Shown here piece by piece: positions 47,821-56,983 of a DNA stretch of 64,000 nucleotides. The DNA is from Candidatus Hadarchaeota archaeon (lineage in GTDB: Archaea; CAYQAE01; CAYVLA01): contig CAYVLA010000006.1 in the NCBI GenBank assembly GCA_964452145.1, forward strand, positions 16,409 to 80,408, in the 5' to 3' direction. The translations under genes were made by a program, and so were the position numbers. Position 1 is the first letter of the stretch; each line of letters starts with the position of its first letter. The notes below the pieces were generated by a model. It worked only from the letters and a program-made list of their open reading frames with translations, made no database searches and was not told where the DNA came from.

Positions 47821-48127
47821 ACCGGCCGCTTCGGCGAGTGCAGATAAGAAAGCCAGATATCTACCCGGATGCAAACCCGGGGCGACAGATGATCCCGTCA
47901 CCACACAGTGAGCAGATGAATCCGGCGGCCGATCCGGCACTGATCAGCCGACAGGCCCTGATGCTCTTGGATCTCACCGATCTCCCACTCGATCGGGGCG
48001 TGGCCAATCAGGGATGCGGATTCGCGCAGCACGAGTATCAGGCTCATCTCCGGCCCGGCGGTTGTGAAGCTCCGGTTCGTCCCGGCATGCGTCGCCGCCA
48101 AGCAACCCCCAGAGGCGGGAAGGGACC

Positions 48128-50431
48128 ATGACCGTTAGCGCTCCGGCTTGCGCCTTGCTGGCACGTTGGGCTAGAGGGGCCGAGAAGCATTGGTACGATC
48201 TGCCCCAGACCAGCGAAGGTCAGCCTCTGGGCTGTTACGGCACCGGATACAACAGCTGGGGAGTCCAGACCAACCAGAAGTACGCCGGGGCGATGGCAGC
48301 CTTGGCGTGCAAAGGCGGGAAGCTACCCGGCATCGACAGGAAGTGGGCCCTAGAACGCGCGCTTGCAGCACTCCGCTTCAGCCTGGAAAGCCACCTGACC
48401 GGTAAGGGGTCGTGCACGGATGGGACCCGGTGGGGGCACACCTGGATCAGCGCGTTGGGCATCGAGCGGATGATGTACGGCGTCTACTTGCTGGAGCCCC
48501 ATCTGACAGACCGTGACCGCTCTGCCCTGAGTCGCGTCTTGGTAAGCGAAGCCTCATGGATAGCCGATTGCATGCGGCGCGGGAAGCACAGAGGCATCGT
48601 GGCCGGCGCGTGGAACGATAGCGGGATGAATGTCCCGGAATCGAATCTGTGGAACGGCGCGCTGCTCTGGCGAACCGCAGCGATGTACCCACAACACCGC
48701 CGTGCACCCCGCTGGCGCGAAAAGGCCCATCAGTACCTCATCAACGCCGTTAGCGTGCCAGCCGACGGTTCGGATTCCACACCCTTGGCTGGGCGACCCA
48801 TCCGGGAGCGTTTCGTAGGACCCAACTTCTTCCCCAACCTTGCACTGGACCACCACGGCTACCTGAACGTCGGATACATGGTGATCTGCATGTCGAACGC
48901 GGCCATGCTGCACTTCGACCTGAAGTCCCAGGGGCTTCCACGCCCGGAGACCCTAGACCATCACCAGTCCGATCTCTGGTCCACTGTGCGCCGGATGATA
49001 TTCTGGGATGGACGACTTGCACGCATAGGAGGAGACAGCAGGGTGCGGTACGCGTACTGTCAAGAGTACCTCCTGCCCTCTTTGCTGTACGCTGCCGACC
49101 GCTGGCAGGACCCCTTCGCACTCACGTTGGCCGAGCGGCAGATCAGACTGATCAGCAGGGAGCAAGCAGCCAATCAGGATGGTAGCTTCTACGGCGAACG
49201 GCTCTCCCTCCTTCATGAGGAGAACCCCTACTACTTCACCCGCCTGGAGTCCGACAGGGCGTGTGCTCTGGGCACGGCGCTGGCCTGGAACGATATCGTC
49301 GAGTGTCGATCTGCGACGAAGGACCTCAATCAGTTCGAGGATGCAGTCGCCGGAACATGGTGCGAACCCGAGCACGGCGCCGTCCTCCACCGTAGCCGGA
49401 CACGACTGGCATCGTTTTCCTGGCGAGCCCACGGGCTCACCCAGGGCATGTGCCAGCCTCCGCAGAAGGGACACTTAGCCGAATGGCAACAGAACCTCAC
49501 GGGCGTGATACGCTTCGTCGGCGATGATGGCACCGTCACGGGCGGACAGACACGCCAACGACAGCTGGTCTGTCACACCATAACCAACTTCGAGGGTGGG
49601 TTCGCCACCTGCGGCGCTGTGTTGGAGGGAATGAGGCTCTGCATCCCCGAGGGCTGGAAGGGGACGGAGTCGGCGCTGCACCAGATCGCCTTTGTTGCCT
49701 TGCCCGACGCCCACACGGTGATCGGCATGGAGCTATGCCGCACGGCCAACCGCAGAACGTACGTGGCAGAAGTCAAGGGACTTCACCTCAATGTGCCCAA
49801 CGATGTCTACAACGGCCGCAGTCGAGCGATCTCAACAGAAGGCGAGAAATCGACACTCGTTGCCCCGCCCAAGCGGGACGAAGTCCTCAACCTGCACAGC
49901 AGGTGGGTGAACATTGACGGCTGCTTGGGAGTCGTCGGACTGTTCGGGGCAGAACAGATCCAAGTGAGCCGGTCGATCAATCGACGGGGCGGGCGCTACG
50001 GAAGCCTGTTCGTGGAGGAGATCTGCTGGCCCTGTCTGATCGGCACGCGCGCCGTTGATCCCGAGACATTGATCCTCGATTCGGGGTGGGCGGTGCTATC
50101 AGGTGCATCTCCTCGGTGCACTAGATCATGGGCCAGTGCCAACCCCTCACCCATCATCGACGTCGCCCCACCCGCTCTGCGAGCTGTCCATATCAAGGGG
50201 CTGGATGGCAACCGGTACCTCATCGCCGCGAATTTCGGATCGGTTCCCGCCGAGCTTTCTCTCAGCCTTCACTGGGATGAATTGGATCAGGCACCCCCTC
50301 TTGTCAGCGCCAGGCCCGGGTCCGATCGCGGGGATGAGACCCCTGTTAGGATACAGCCCTGCACGGTCAGGGTATGGGCCAGATCCTCGAAGCGAGGTTC
50401 GAAGCATAAAGTGGGAAAGACCCCTCCATGA
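48128..50431 (+). CDS. Large hypothetical protein (probable helical toroid + beta-sandwich, lyase/hydrolase-like)
   Basis: 767-aa ORF with VPESNLWNG, LDHHGYLNVGY, GGDSRVRYAYC and YYFTRLESD motifs, and a beta-rich C-terminal half. Confidence 0.7.
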   Translation: MTVSAPACALLARWARGAEKHWYDLPQTSEGQPLGCYGTGYNSWGVQTNQKYAGAMAALACKGGKLPGIDRKWALERALAALRFSLESHLTGKGSCTDGTRWGHTWISALGIERMMYGVYLLEPHLTDRDRSALSRVLVSEASWIADCMRRGKHRGIVAGAWNDSGMNVPESNLWNGALLWRTAAMYPQHRRAPRWREKAHQYLINAVSVPADGSDSTPLAGRPIRERFVGPNFFPNLALDHHGYLNVGYMVICMSNAAMLHFDLKSQGLPRPETLDHHQSDLWSTVRRMIFWDGRLARIGGDSRVRYAYCQEYLLPSLLYAADRWQDPFALTLAERQIRLISREQAANQDGSFYGERLSLLHEENPYYFTRLESDRACALGTALAWNDIVECRSATKDLNQFEDAVAGTWCEPEHGAVLHRSRTRLASFSWRAHGLTQGMCQPPQKGHLAEWQQNLTGVIRFVGDDGTVTGGQTRQRQLVCHTITNFEGGFATCGAVLEGMRLCIPEGWKGTESALHQIAFVALPDAHTVIGMELCRTANRRTYVAEVKGLHLNVPNDVYNGRSRAISTEGEKSTLVAPPKRDEVLNLHSRWVNIDGCLGVVGLFGAEQIQVSRSINRRGGRYGSLFVEEICWPCLIGTRAVDPETLILDSGWAVLSGASPRCTRSWASANPSPIIDVAPPALRAVHIKGLDGNRYLIAANFGSVPAELSLSLHWDELDQAPPLVSARPGSDRGDETPVRIQPCTVRVWARSSKRGSKHKVGKTPP

Positions 50432-51102
50432 GTGGCCGTGCTCACTTCAAGCAAGGATCTGATATCGAGATGAACGCAGCCACCGAGCCAGCAAGTGACG
50501 TCTGGAGGGATCGACCTGGGTGAGGTATCGGACGCGCGTGGACCTACTTGGACAGGAAGAGGATGACCCGGAGGTATCCGGGTCACGCAGTGCCATGCTT
50601 TCCGTGACCTTGATCCGGATTTGGACGGGGGAACTCAAGACCTGCCCGGGCAGTACCGGGGGCTGCACAGCAACGCACCTAATATCCACATGGGTCTGTT
50701 CTCCAGGCATCTTGGGATGCGCCGGGATATGATGGGATCAATGATGCCCTGTCCTCGAGCCACAATCCGAGGAGGAGTCGTTCTGACTCAACAGGTACGA
50801 TCCAAAGTACCTGTGAGGGCGGAGAGAGTTCGGATTGACTGGCCCCCGATGCTGTGTGACACGCCTCTTCCATATACTCGCCTCTGCCATTGCGGGCTGG
50901 ATCGGCGCAAGCGGGCTCAGCAGGCTGTCGGATGCACCAGGAACCCAATGAAATCAACAACAACGACATCACGAAGGCTGGTCCTAGGAATCTGCTTCGC
51001 CCTCAAGGATCAACTACTGCGAAGATACCTGCCCTCCGCGATCTTCGACGTCGTCCAGATTCACTTTTCAGCCCGCGCCAAAGGCTTCGGACGTCGATCA
51101 CG

Positions 51103-52101
51103 ATGATCGAGAAAAGGCGGATGGAGCAGAGCGGTATCTACGGAACGCTGTGGCGGGCAACGTCGGTAGGAAGGAGTCACCATACCTATTTCACCCACCC
51201 TGTCTGGCTTCCAGACAGCAGCGGACTCATCTTCCTCTCGGATCGGGCGGGAAGTGCGGGATGCTACCTCCTAGAATGGCCGAGCGGTCGCATCACACCG
51301 ATCGCGATGGGTGGAATCACCAGTCCAGTTGTCTCATCGGATGGAGAGTCGATGCTCTATGTCTCCAACCGCTGCATCCTGCGCAGAGACATATCGAGCG
51401 AGGATCGGGAAGTGATTTCCCAGATCCCCGATGAGGCGATTCACTGCGGCCAGATCGGCCAGACCTGTGATGGCCGGTACCTGACCGTCTGCTGCACGGG
51501 AGAGAGGTATTCCCTTCTAGTCAAGGCGCCACGTAAAGGCGGGCACGCGACGATCTTCCATCGAGACCACAGACATCTAAGCCATCTCATACCCTCCACG
51601 GCGCACGCAGCACTTCTCTCAGTTGCTTGGACTCACTGGGCTGGCGGGGAGACCAACCAGAGGCTGTGGATCGTAGCCATTAACGGCAAGGAGATGAGGC
51701 CTCTATATCACCAGAAGAACGGAGAACTGGTCACCCACGAGGCATGGTCGGGCGACGGGCGAATCGCCTTCACGTCCGGACCCTTTGACAGGAAGCCCAA
51801 CACGTTTTCTGTGAAGTCCGTCGACCCGCTGACGGAGAGAACACAGATGCTGGCCGAGCGGGGCAACTTCTGGCATTGTTGCCCGAACCGAGACTGTTCG
51901 ATGGTCGTGGCCGATACGAACTGGCCCGATGACGGAATAAAGCTCATCGACGTCCCCGAATCCGACGTAAAGACCCTTTGTTACTCCAATTCGTCCACGG
52001 CTATTCATCCCCATCCGTGCTTCTCTCCGGACGGCAGGAAGGTCGTTTACACATCGGACCTTTCAGGATCTCCCCAGATCTACGTGGCCGAGTTGCCATG
52101 A
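51103..52101 (+). CDS. Oligogalacturonate lyase (Ogl)-like / TolB-like beta-propeller
   Basis: YFTHPVW, THEAWSGDG, FWHCC and HPHPCFSPDG motifs. Start 51103 or 51121. Confidence 0.75.
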   Translation: MIEKRRMEQSGIYGTLWRATSVGRSHHTYFTHPVWLPDSSGLIFLSDRAGSAGCYLLEWPSGRITPIAMGGITSPVVSSDGESMLYVSNRCILRRDISSEDREVISQIPDEAIHCGQIGQTCDGRYLTVCCTGERYSLLVKAPRKGGHATIFHRDHRHLSHLIPSTAHAALLSVAWTHWAGGETNQRLWIVAINGKEMRPLYHQKNGELVTHEAWSGDGRIAFTSGPFDRKPNTFSVKSVDPLTERTQMLAERGNFWHCCPNRDCSMVVADTNWPDDGIKLIDVPESDVKTLCYSNSSTAIHPHPCFSPDGRKVVYTSDLSGSPQIYVAELP

Positions 52102-52556
52102 TCCGTGCACCCGGCCCAGGCGCAATTCGAATCCCGTGAATCTTGTTCATTGAAGCATTGGAGCCTACGATCACTATCCGAAGGGGACTCCGTAGCAGGG
52201 TGACAGTGAGCCCATCATCCCATGGAAGAGATGCTTTACCACCACCGCTCTCGACATTCCCTCGGCAAAACGTCACAAGACGATATACGTCGTCATAAGA
52301 AAGATAAGATGGCCTCGCATCACTCTAACAGCAAGACCCGGTTTTGGAGGGGTCTCTGGCACATGAGCATGAGATTAGTCTCGGTAATGGCTTTGGCCCT
52401 GGGGGAGGCCAAGATGGCAAGGACGAGATCATGGTGGCGAGGGATGATGATCGTATGATCATAGCCACCGATCTCAACGGGGAAACGCGCATCAGGGAAC
52501 CGGAGGGGTCCGTGCAGTTCCCCGGCAGAGAGGGACGAGAAGGTCTCCGTCGCGAC

Positions 52557-53786
52557 ATGCTTCAGGTCAAGACCGTCGGATCGCCAAGAAGGCAGCACTC
52601 CCTGCTCATGCTTGTTCTCATCTCGGTCTTTCCCGTAGGACTGTGCACACCCAAAGTCGACCCGGCAACCGGAAGGATTCGCATGCTTATGATAGGCGAG
52701 ACCGCGTCATCCCATCAAGATGCCACATACTTCCTCCTGTCCGATCCGATGGTGAGCCTCACTGTGATACCAGCCGGGGATGTCGCCAATGTCGAGACCA
52801 GCAAACGCTTCGTACGCATCTACGTTCCAAGAACGCGGGAGAAGCTCGTCTCAAACTACGACGCAATAGAGCTCTTCGACTTCGTACCCTACATCCTCGA
52901 GGATAAGCACTTCCACTGGATGCACGATGCCGTCGAGGATGAGGGGCTCGGCCTTTCCCTAGTCGAGATGGGGTGGTACGGGGTCACGGACTGGACAGGC
53001 AACGATGCCGAAGCGTGGATGGCCACGGTGCTGTACCAGGCCTATCCGGTTGATCTGGTTGTCGGCAAGCAGAACGCCCTCACACCATACATGGACGTCG
53101 TGTCCGGCCATCCCCTCGTCAATCTTCCCGGCCTTGAAAAGTTCGCGCTCACGGGGGTCGGGAGCCACGGCATCCAGATGGCCAGGGAGGGATCCACGGT
53201 CCATACGGTGTGGCGGACCGGGAGGGAGGACGCCATCGTGGGAGGCACCTACGGGTCGGGCACCACCCTCATCATCCCGATGGGCTGGGACAATGTTCCC
53301 GATGCAACGGAGAGAAACTGGGACTACTACATCGATCTCGTACTGAACCATGCATGCTATGTGGCCAACGTTCCCCTGCCTGATGATCCGAACCTGGCGC
53401 GGGCACTCCGTCTCGGCTTCACCGAATACCGGGCCAGGAGGTCGCTTGCGTCATCCCTCATCGACTTCATAGGCAGGTTCGGTGCCAATACGCTGAAGGT
53501 CGAGAAACTCATCATGGACTTAGAGGAGGAAAGAAGGGTGGCCGAGCAGCTCTATGTCCAAGGCGACCACAGCGCCGCCTGGGAAATGCTGGACCGGGTG
53601 CTGGTGAAATTGCAGGCCGTTTCTCAGGAATCGATGAAGCTCCGGCAGAGGGCTCTCCTCTGGATATACCTAATCGAGTGGCTGGCCATCATGGCCACTC
53701 TCCTAGCATCCACAATGGTTCTCTGGACGTTAATGGTCAGACGGAGGCTGTATAGGCAAGTCGCAGCAACTCGGTCGACCCTCTAG
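52557..53786 (+). CDS. Membrane-anchored GATase1-like surface protein, paralog 4 of 6
   Basis: Signal peptide after ATG 52557, RIYVPRT, LIDFIGRFGA and ALLWIYLIEW...WTLMVRRRLYRQVAATR. Confidence 0.85.
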   Translation: MLQVKTVGSPRRQHSLLMLVLISVFPVGLCTPKVDPATGRIRMLMIGETASSHQDATYFLLSDPMVSLTVIPAGDVANVETSKRFVRIYVPRTREKLVSNYDAIELFDFVPYILEDKHFHWMHDAVEDEGLGLSLVEMGWYGVTDWTGNDAEAWMATVLYQAYPVDLVVGKQNALTPYMDVVSGHPLVNLPGLEKFALTGVGSHGIQMAREGSTVHTVWRTGREDAIVGGTYGSGTTLIIPMGWDNVPDATERNWDYYIDLVLNHACYVANVPLPDDPNLARALRLGFTEYRARRSLASSLIDFIGRFGANTLKVEKLIMDLEEERRVAEQLYVQGDHSAAWEMLDRVLVKLQAVSQESMKLRQRALLWIYLIEWLAIMATLLASTMVLWTLMVRRRLYRQVAATRSTL

Positions 53787-54106
53787 CAGTAGGATCCGAG
53801 GGAACCGCCTCTTGCCTCCGATCCCGTGGCTATCTTTCCGAATGCACAGAAGATGGCTTCTTCGAAGCCATTGAGCAAAGGAGAACCTACATGTGAGCCT
53901 TTCGGCCGCAAGTGCTTCGACCAGGCCACAGATAGATGAGGTGGGCTGCGCCGGGGCATGAAACGATCCTCAGAAGGAAAGGCTTATCTGCGAGAGACCG
54001 ACATGGACAACGACAGCCCCGAGATACGGGATGGTCCCGTCGCCAACCCACGACCATGAAACGCTTTTATCGTACGCAACCCAATTGGGAACGGGATTCC
54101 GAATTG

Positions 54107-54670
54107 ATGATACTCGCGGTGCACGGAAGCGCCCGCCGGGGCGGGAACACCGACATTCTCCTTGAACACGCAATGAAGGGTGCAAGAAGTGAGGGAGCTA
54201 CAGTGCAGCTCATCAGAGTGGCGGAACTAAGGATCGCGGGGTGCAGAGGCTGTGAAGGGTGCAGAGAGACCGGACGGTGCGTCCAACAGGACGACATGCA
54301 GGATTACTACGACGCTGTCCTTGCCGCCGACGGCTACATATTTGCCACGCCAATCTATGGGTGGGGGCCGAGCGGACAGATCAAGCTCTTCCTGGACCGG
54401 CTCTATTGCCTAGTCGGACTTCTGCAGCGAAGAGCCAAGAAGGAGCGCAAGTGCGCAGCGCTGGTAACCGCCTTTGGGGCATCCGATCCGTCCACATCGG
54501 ATGAGACCAGTCGGATGTTCAGAAAGATCTGCAGACATGTCCGGGTGGATTTCGTGGGTGAACTGCGGGTGTCGGCACAGGAGAAGGGGGAAGTCTCGCG
54601 CAAACCCCAAGAGCTAGAGAAGGCCGAAAGACTTGGTCAAGAACTAGCCACCGCCATCAAGCGGCCCTAG
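54107..54670 (+). CDS. Iron-sulfur flavoprotein (Isf) / NADPH-dependent FMN reductase family
   Basis: GSARRGGNT, CxxCxxC-x5-C (CRGCEGCRETGRC), ATPIY and KLFLDR motifs. Confidence 0.92.
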   Translation: MILAVHGSARRGGNTDILLEHAMKGARSEGATVQLIRVAELRIAGCRGCEGCRETGRCVQQDDMQDYYDAVLAADGYIFATPIYGWGPSGQIKLFLDRLYCLVGLLQRRAKKERKCAALVTAFGASDPSTSDETSRMFRKICRHVRVDFVGELRVSAQEKGEVSRKPQELEKAERLGQELATAIKRP

Positions 54671-54918
54671 GACCGAGTCTCCCTCGGAAACCTCCTTACC
54701 CAGCCCCACATCCCAGCCGGGCCGATACGTACCACTTCAAGAACAACGATCGCGTGTCCTCCCGGCCAAAGTCCCCAGTGTCGGTGTATCCCCCCTTCGC
54801 CTCGGTTTCAGACCTACTGATCCGATGAAGTGGAGTGGACCCGGATACCCCCATCCCGGTTCGGTGATTCCTCAGCCGACCAAGGGGGACAAGCCAGATC
54901 CGCCTCCGCTCAACAAAC

Positions 54919-54966
54919 TGGAACGCCAATGGGCTAGAACGCCAATGGATTGGAACGCACGGTGGT
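54919..54966 (+). repeat. Three imperfect 16-bp tandem direct repeats
   Basis: TGGAACGCCAATGGGC / TAGAACGCCAATGGAT / TGGAACGCACGGTGGT, located about 90 nt upstream of GTG 55055. Confidence 0.7.
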
Positions 54967-55054
54967 CCTGGGCCCTCGTCTGTTCCATGCAAGGATTATC
55001 TGCCGTTTCAGGAATACCCGCCCTCCAGAAAAACGGCAAGGGAGGTGAAAAAAA

Positions 55055-55519
55055 GTGAAAGGCAAGATCCTGGCAACAACGATTATTCTCATGTTAGTGT
55101 TCGCTGGCCATGCTTACGCCGATGTCGTGATCCGCAGCAACGATACAAAGGGCGAGGAACCCGAGCCCCCCGATGAGACCATCAACGACAATGCTACCGA
55201 GGCGGAGCCGTGGCTGATAGCGCCCAGTCCCAACGAAGAAGCCAAGGATAGCGACATCGTGGTGTCCGTGGACGAGCAAAGCGAGGAAGAAGCCATGCCC
55301 AGAAATGCCACCACCGACGAACGTGAGACCAGCAACGGGAAAGGTGAAGCACCCGAGGATGACGCAACCATCGGAGTGGATGACTGGCTCATTTCGCCCC
55401 AGGGAGAGGTGGACGACGCCATCTCTGGTGGGAATTCCAGCGTCTACTTATTCGCCGTCCCGCTTGTCTGCGCCGCTTCGGTCGCCTCAATCATAGGCGT
55501 TAGGCGCAGACGCCATTAG
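55055..55519 (+). CDS. Acidic, low-complexity, C-terminally anchored surface glycoprotein
   Basis: GGAGGTGA RBS, signal peptide (ILATTIILMLVFAGHAYA), D/E-rich body with 4 N-x-S/T sequons, and C-terminal TM + RRRRH. Confidence 0.85.
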   Translation: MKGKILATTIILMLVFAGHAYADVVIRSNDTKGEEPEPPDETINDNATEAEPWLIAPSPNEEAKDSDIVVSVDEQSEEEAMPRNATTDERETSNGKGEAPEDDATIGVDDWLISPQGEVDDAISGGNSSVYLFAVPLVCAASVASIIGVRRRRH

Positions 55520-55526
55520 ATCACCA

Positions 55527-55560
55527 GAGGGGGCTTTGCACCCCCTCGCCTTCTTTTTCT
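55527..55560 (+). terminator. Hairpin + oligo-T terminator
   Basis: GAGGGGG-ctttgca-CCCCCTC followed by TTCTTTTT, 8 nt after the stop at 55519. Confidence 0.65.
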
Positions 55561-55638
55561 TAGGAATGTCCTCACATCCGATCCGGCCATGTTGGGCGGT
55601 CCCTAGTGGACTTCTCCCAGCAACGACCCACCCTCGCT

Positions 55639-56877
55639 TCATCCTCCAACAAGCCTGGTTGTCGCGATCTGGCGATAGAATCGTCTCTTCACCATGAGCG
55701 TCCACAGAATGGAAGCCGAGCCAACGCAGGTCCCGGTGATGACCAGATACTCGATGACGAAGACCCACAGAAGGACGCGGTCCTTTGCCCTCAGGACCTC
55801 GTCTAGAAGCGCAAGGGCTTCGGCCTTGGCCTCGTCGAGTCCTGACAGGGCCGACCCATAATCCCCGGAGATGTAGAGATCGCTCGCTGCCAGCCAGCGG
55901 CCATCTATCTCGGCAAGTCTGAGCCCATAGGACGCGGTGGTTGCACCGAATTTCTCCACCCAGTCCATCAGCGACAGTATGATCCCCCTCTGCGTCCTGT
56001 ACTCCCAGAAGCCATCCCTTGCCCGGGCAACGACCACGACGTCCTCAGGCAGCGCTCTGCCCGCGGAGTAGAGGATCAGATTGGACATTACGTCCATCGC
56101 CCAAGGGTTCTCGGACAACCCGTGAATGCTTGCATGCACATCGCCCCACCAGCTGTGGTCAAGGTCGTCAGCCGCCACCCAGCAATGGCCACCGTTGTCA
56201 TCGTACTTCCATTCCAGGATCCACGGTCCGTATTGTCTGGGCACGAGGTTGCCCCAGGCCCTCGTCCCGGTGCGAGGGGCGAGGAATCCACAACCTATTC
56301 CTACAGCCCTTTCAACGCCGAGCTCTACAAAAGGGGTGAACACGGGAGGGAGGCCTTTGACGAATTCGACCCGATACGACCTCGTGGTCCAGGCCATGTT
56401 GATGTTTTTTGACATGTCGTGGGGAACGACCTGTCCCAGAATCGATGACTGAACCGAGTAGAACTCCGGCCCGAAGGTGAAGAAGGATCCGGCCACTCCA
56501 TCTCGGATTGAGTCGTACATCTGCTGGGATTGCTTGCCCGAGAACACCGAGACGTCCGCGTCCACGAAGAAGATCATGGAGAAGCGCCTCAGATCCTCGT
56601 CCGTCCGAGGGAAGTAGAGCCTGACATACCTGGTCTTCATCTCCTCGGTCAGCTTCCCGGCAGGTCCCTCCCTCGTCCTTATCGACACATACTCAAACAG
56701 GGGATCGCTGTCGAACAGAAGGGGCAAGGGGCATTCCTGCGGGTAGACCTCACCTATGAGCAGCATGTGGAGCCTGCGACCATCTCCTCCTGCTCCGGCG
56801 ATTCCCGCCTCGATCTGCAACACCAAGAGCAGGCCGATGCTCCAGAAAACCATCTTCAGCTCCGAACCGTTTCGCAT
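55639..56877 (-). CDS. Membrane-anchored GATase1-like surface protein, paralog 5 of 6
   Basis: Signal peptide, RLYFPRT, LMDWVEKFGA and VLLWVFVIEY...WTLMVKRRFYRQIATTR. Confidence 0.85.
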   Translation of the reverse strand: MRNGSELKMVFWSIGLLLVLQIEAGIAGAGGDGRRLHMLLIGEVYPQECPLPLLFDSDPLFEYVSIRTREGPAGKLTEEMKTRYVRLYFPRTDEDLRRFSMIFFVDADVSVFSGKQSQQMYDSIRDGVAGSFFTFGPEFYSVQSSILGQVVPHDMSKNINMAWTTRSYRVEFVKGLPPVFTPFVELGVERAVGIGCGFLAPRTGTRAWGNLVPRQYGPWILEWKYDDNGGHCWVAADDLDHSWWGDVHASIHGLSENPWAMDVMSNLILYSAGRALPEDVVVVARARDGFWEYRTQRGIILSLMDWVEKFGATTASYGLRLAEIDGRWLAASDLYISGDYGSALSGLDEAKAEALALLDEVLRAKDRVLLWVFVIEYLVITGTCVGSASILWTLMVKRRFYRQIATTRLVGG

Positions 56878-56983
56878 GGATCGACTTCACCAAGTCTGGA
56901 CTTCAGTACTCCCCATGCCTCTGACCCGCGCATCCCGGAGACCGCATGAGACAGAGCCACCATGGGCACCCGCTACGCCAGGC

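Noticed and set aside
50564-50585. Perfect 9-bp hairpin TGACCCGGA-GGTA-TCCGGGTCA
   Set aside because: Single copy with no U-tract or repeat family seen, so no function can be supported.
50835-50950. About 38-codon ORF with a hydrophobic stretch (LFHILASAIAGWIGASGL)
   Set aside because: No RBS or promoter and weak start; could be chance.
52121-52140. TTCGAATCCC resembling a tRNA T-loop
   Set aside because: No GG before TTC, and no acceptor stem, D-arm or anticodon arm could be folded around it.
54919-54966. Possible mini-CRISPR
   Set aside because: Repeats are contiguous 16-mers without spacers, and no cas genes are present.
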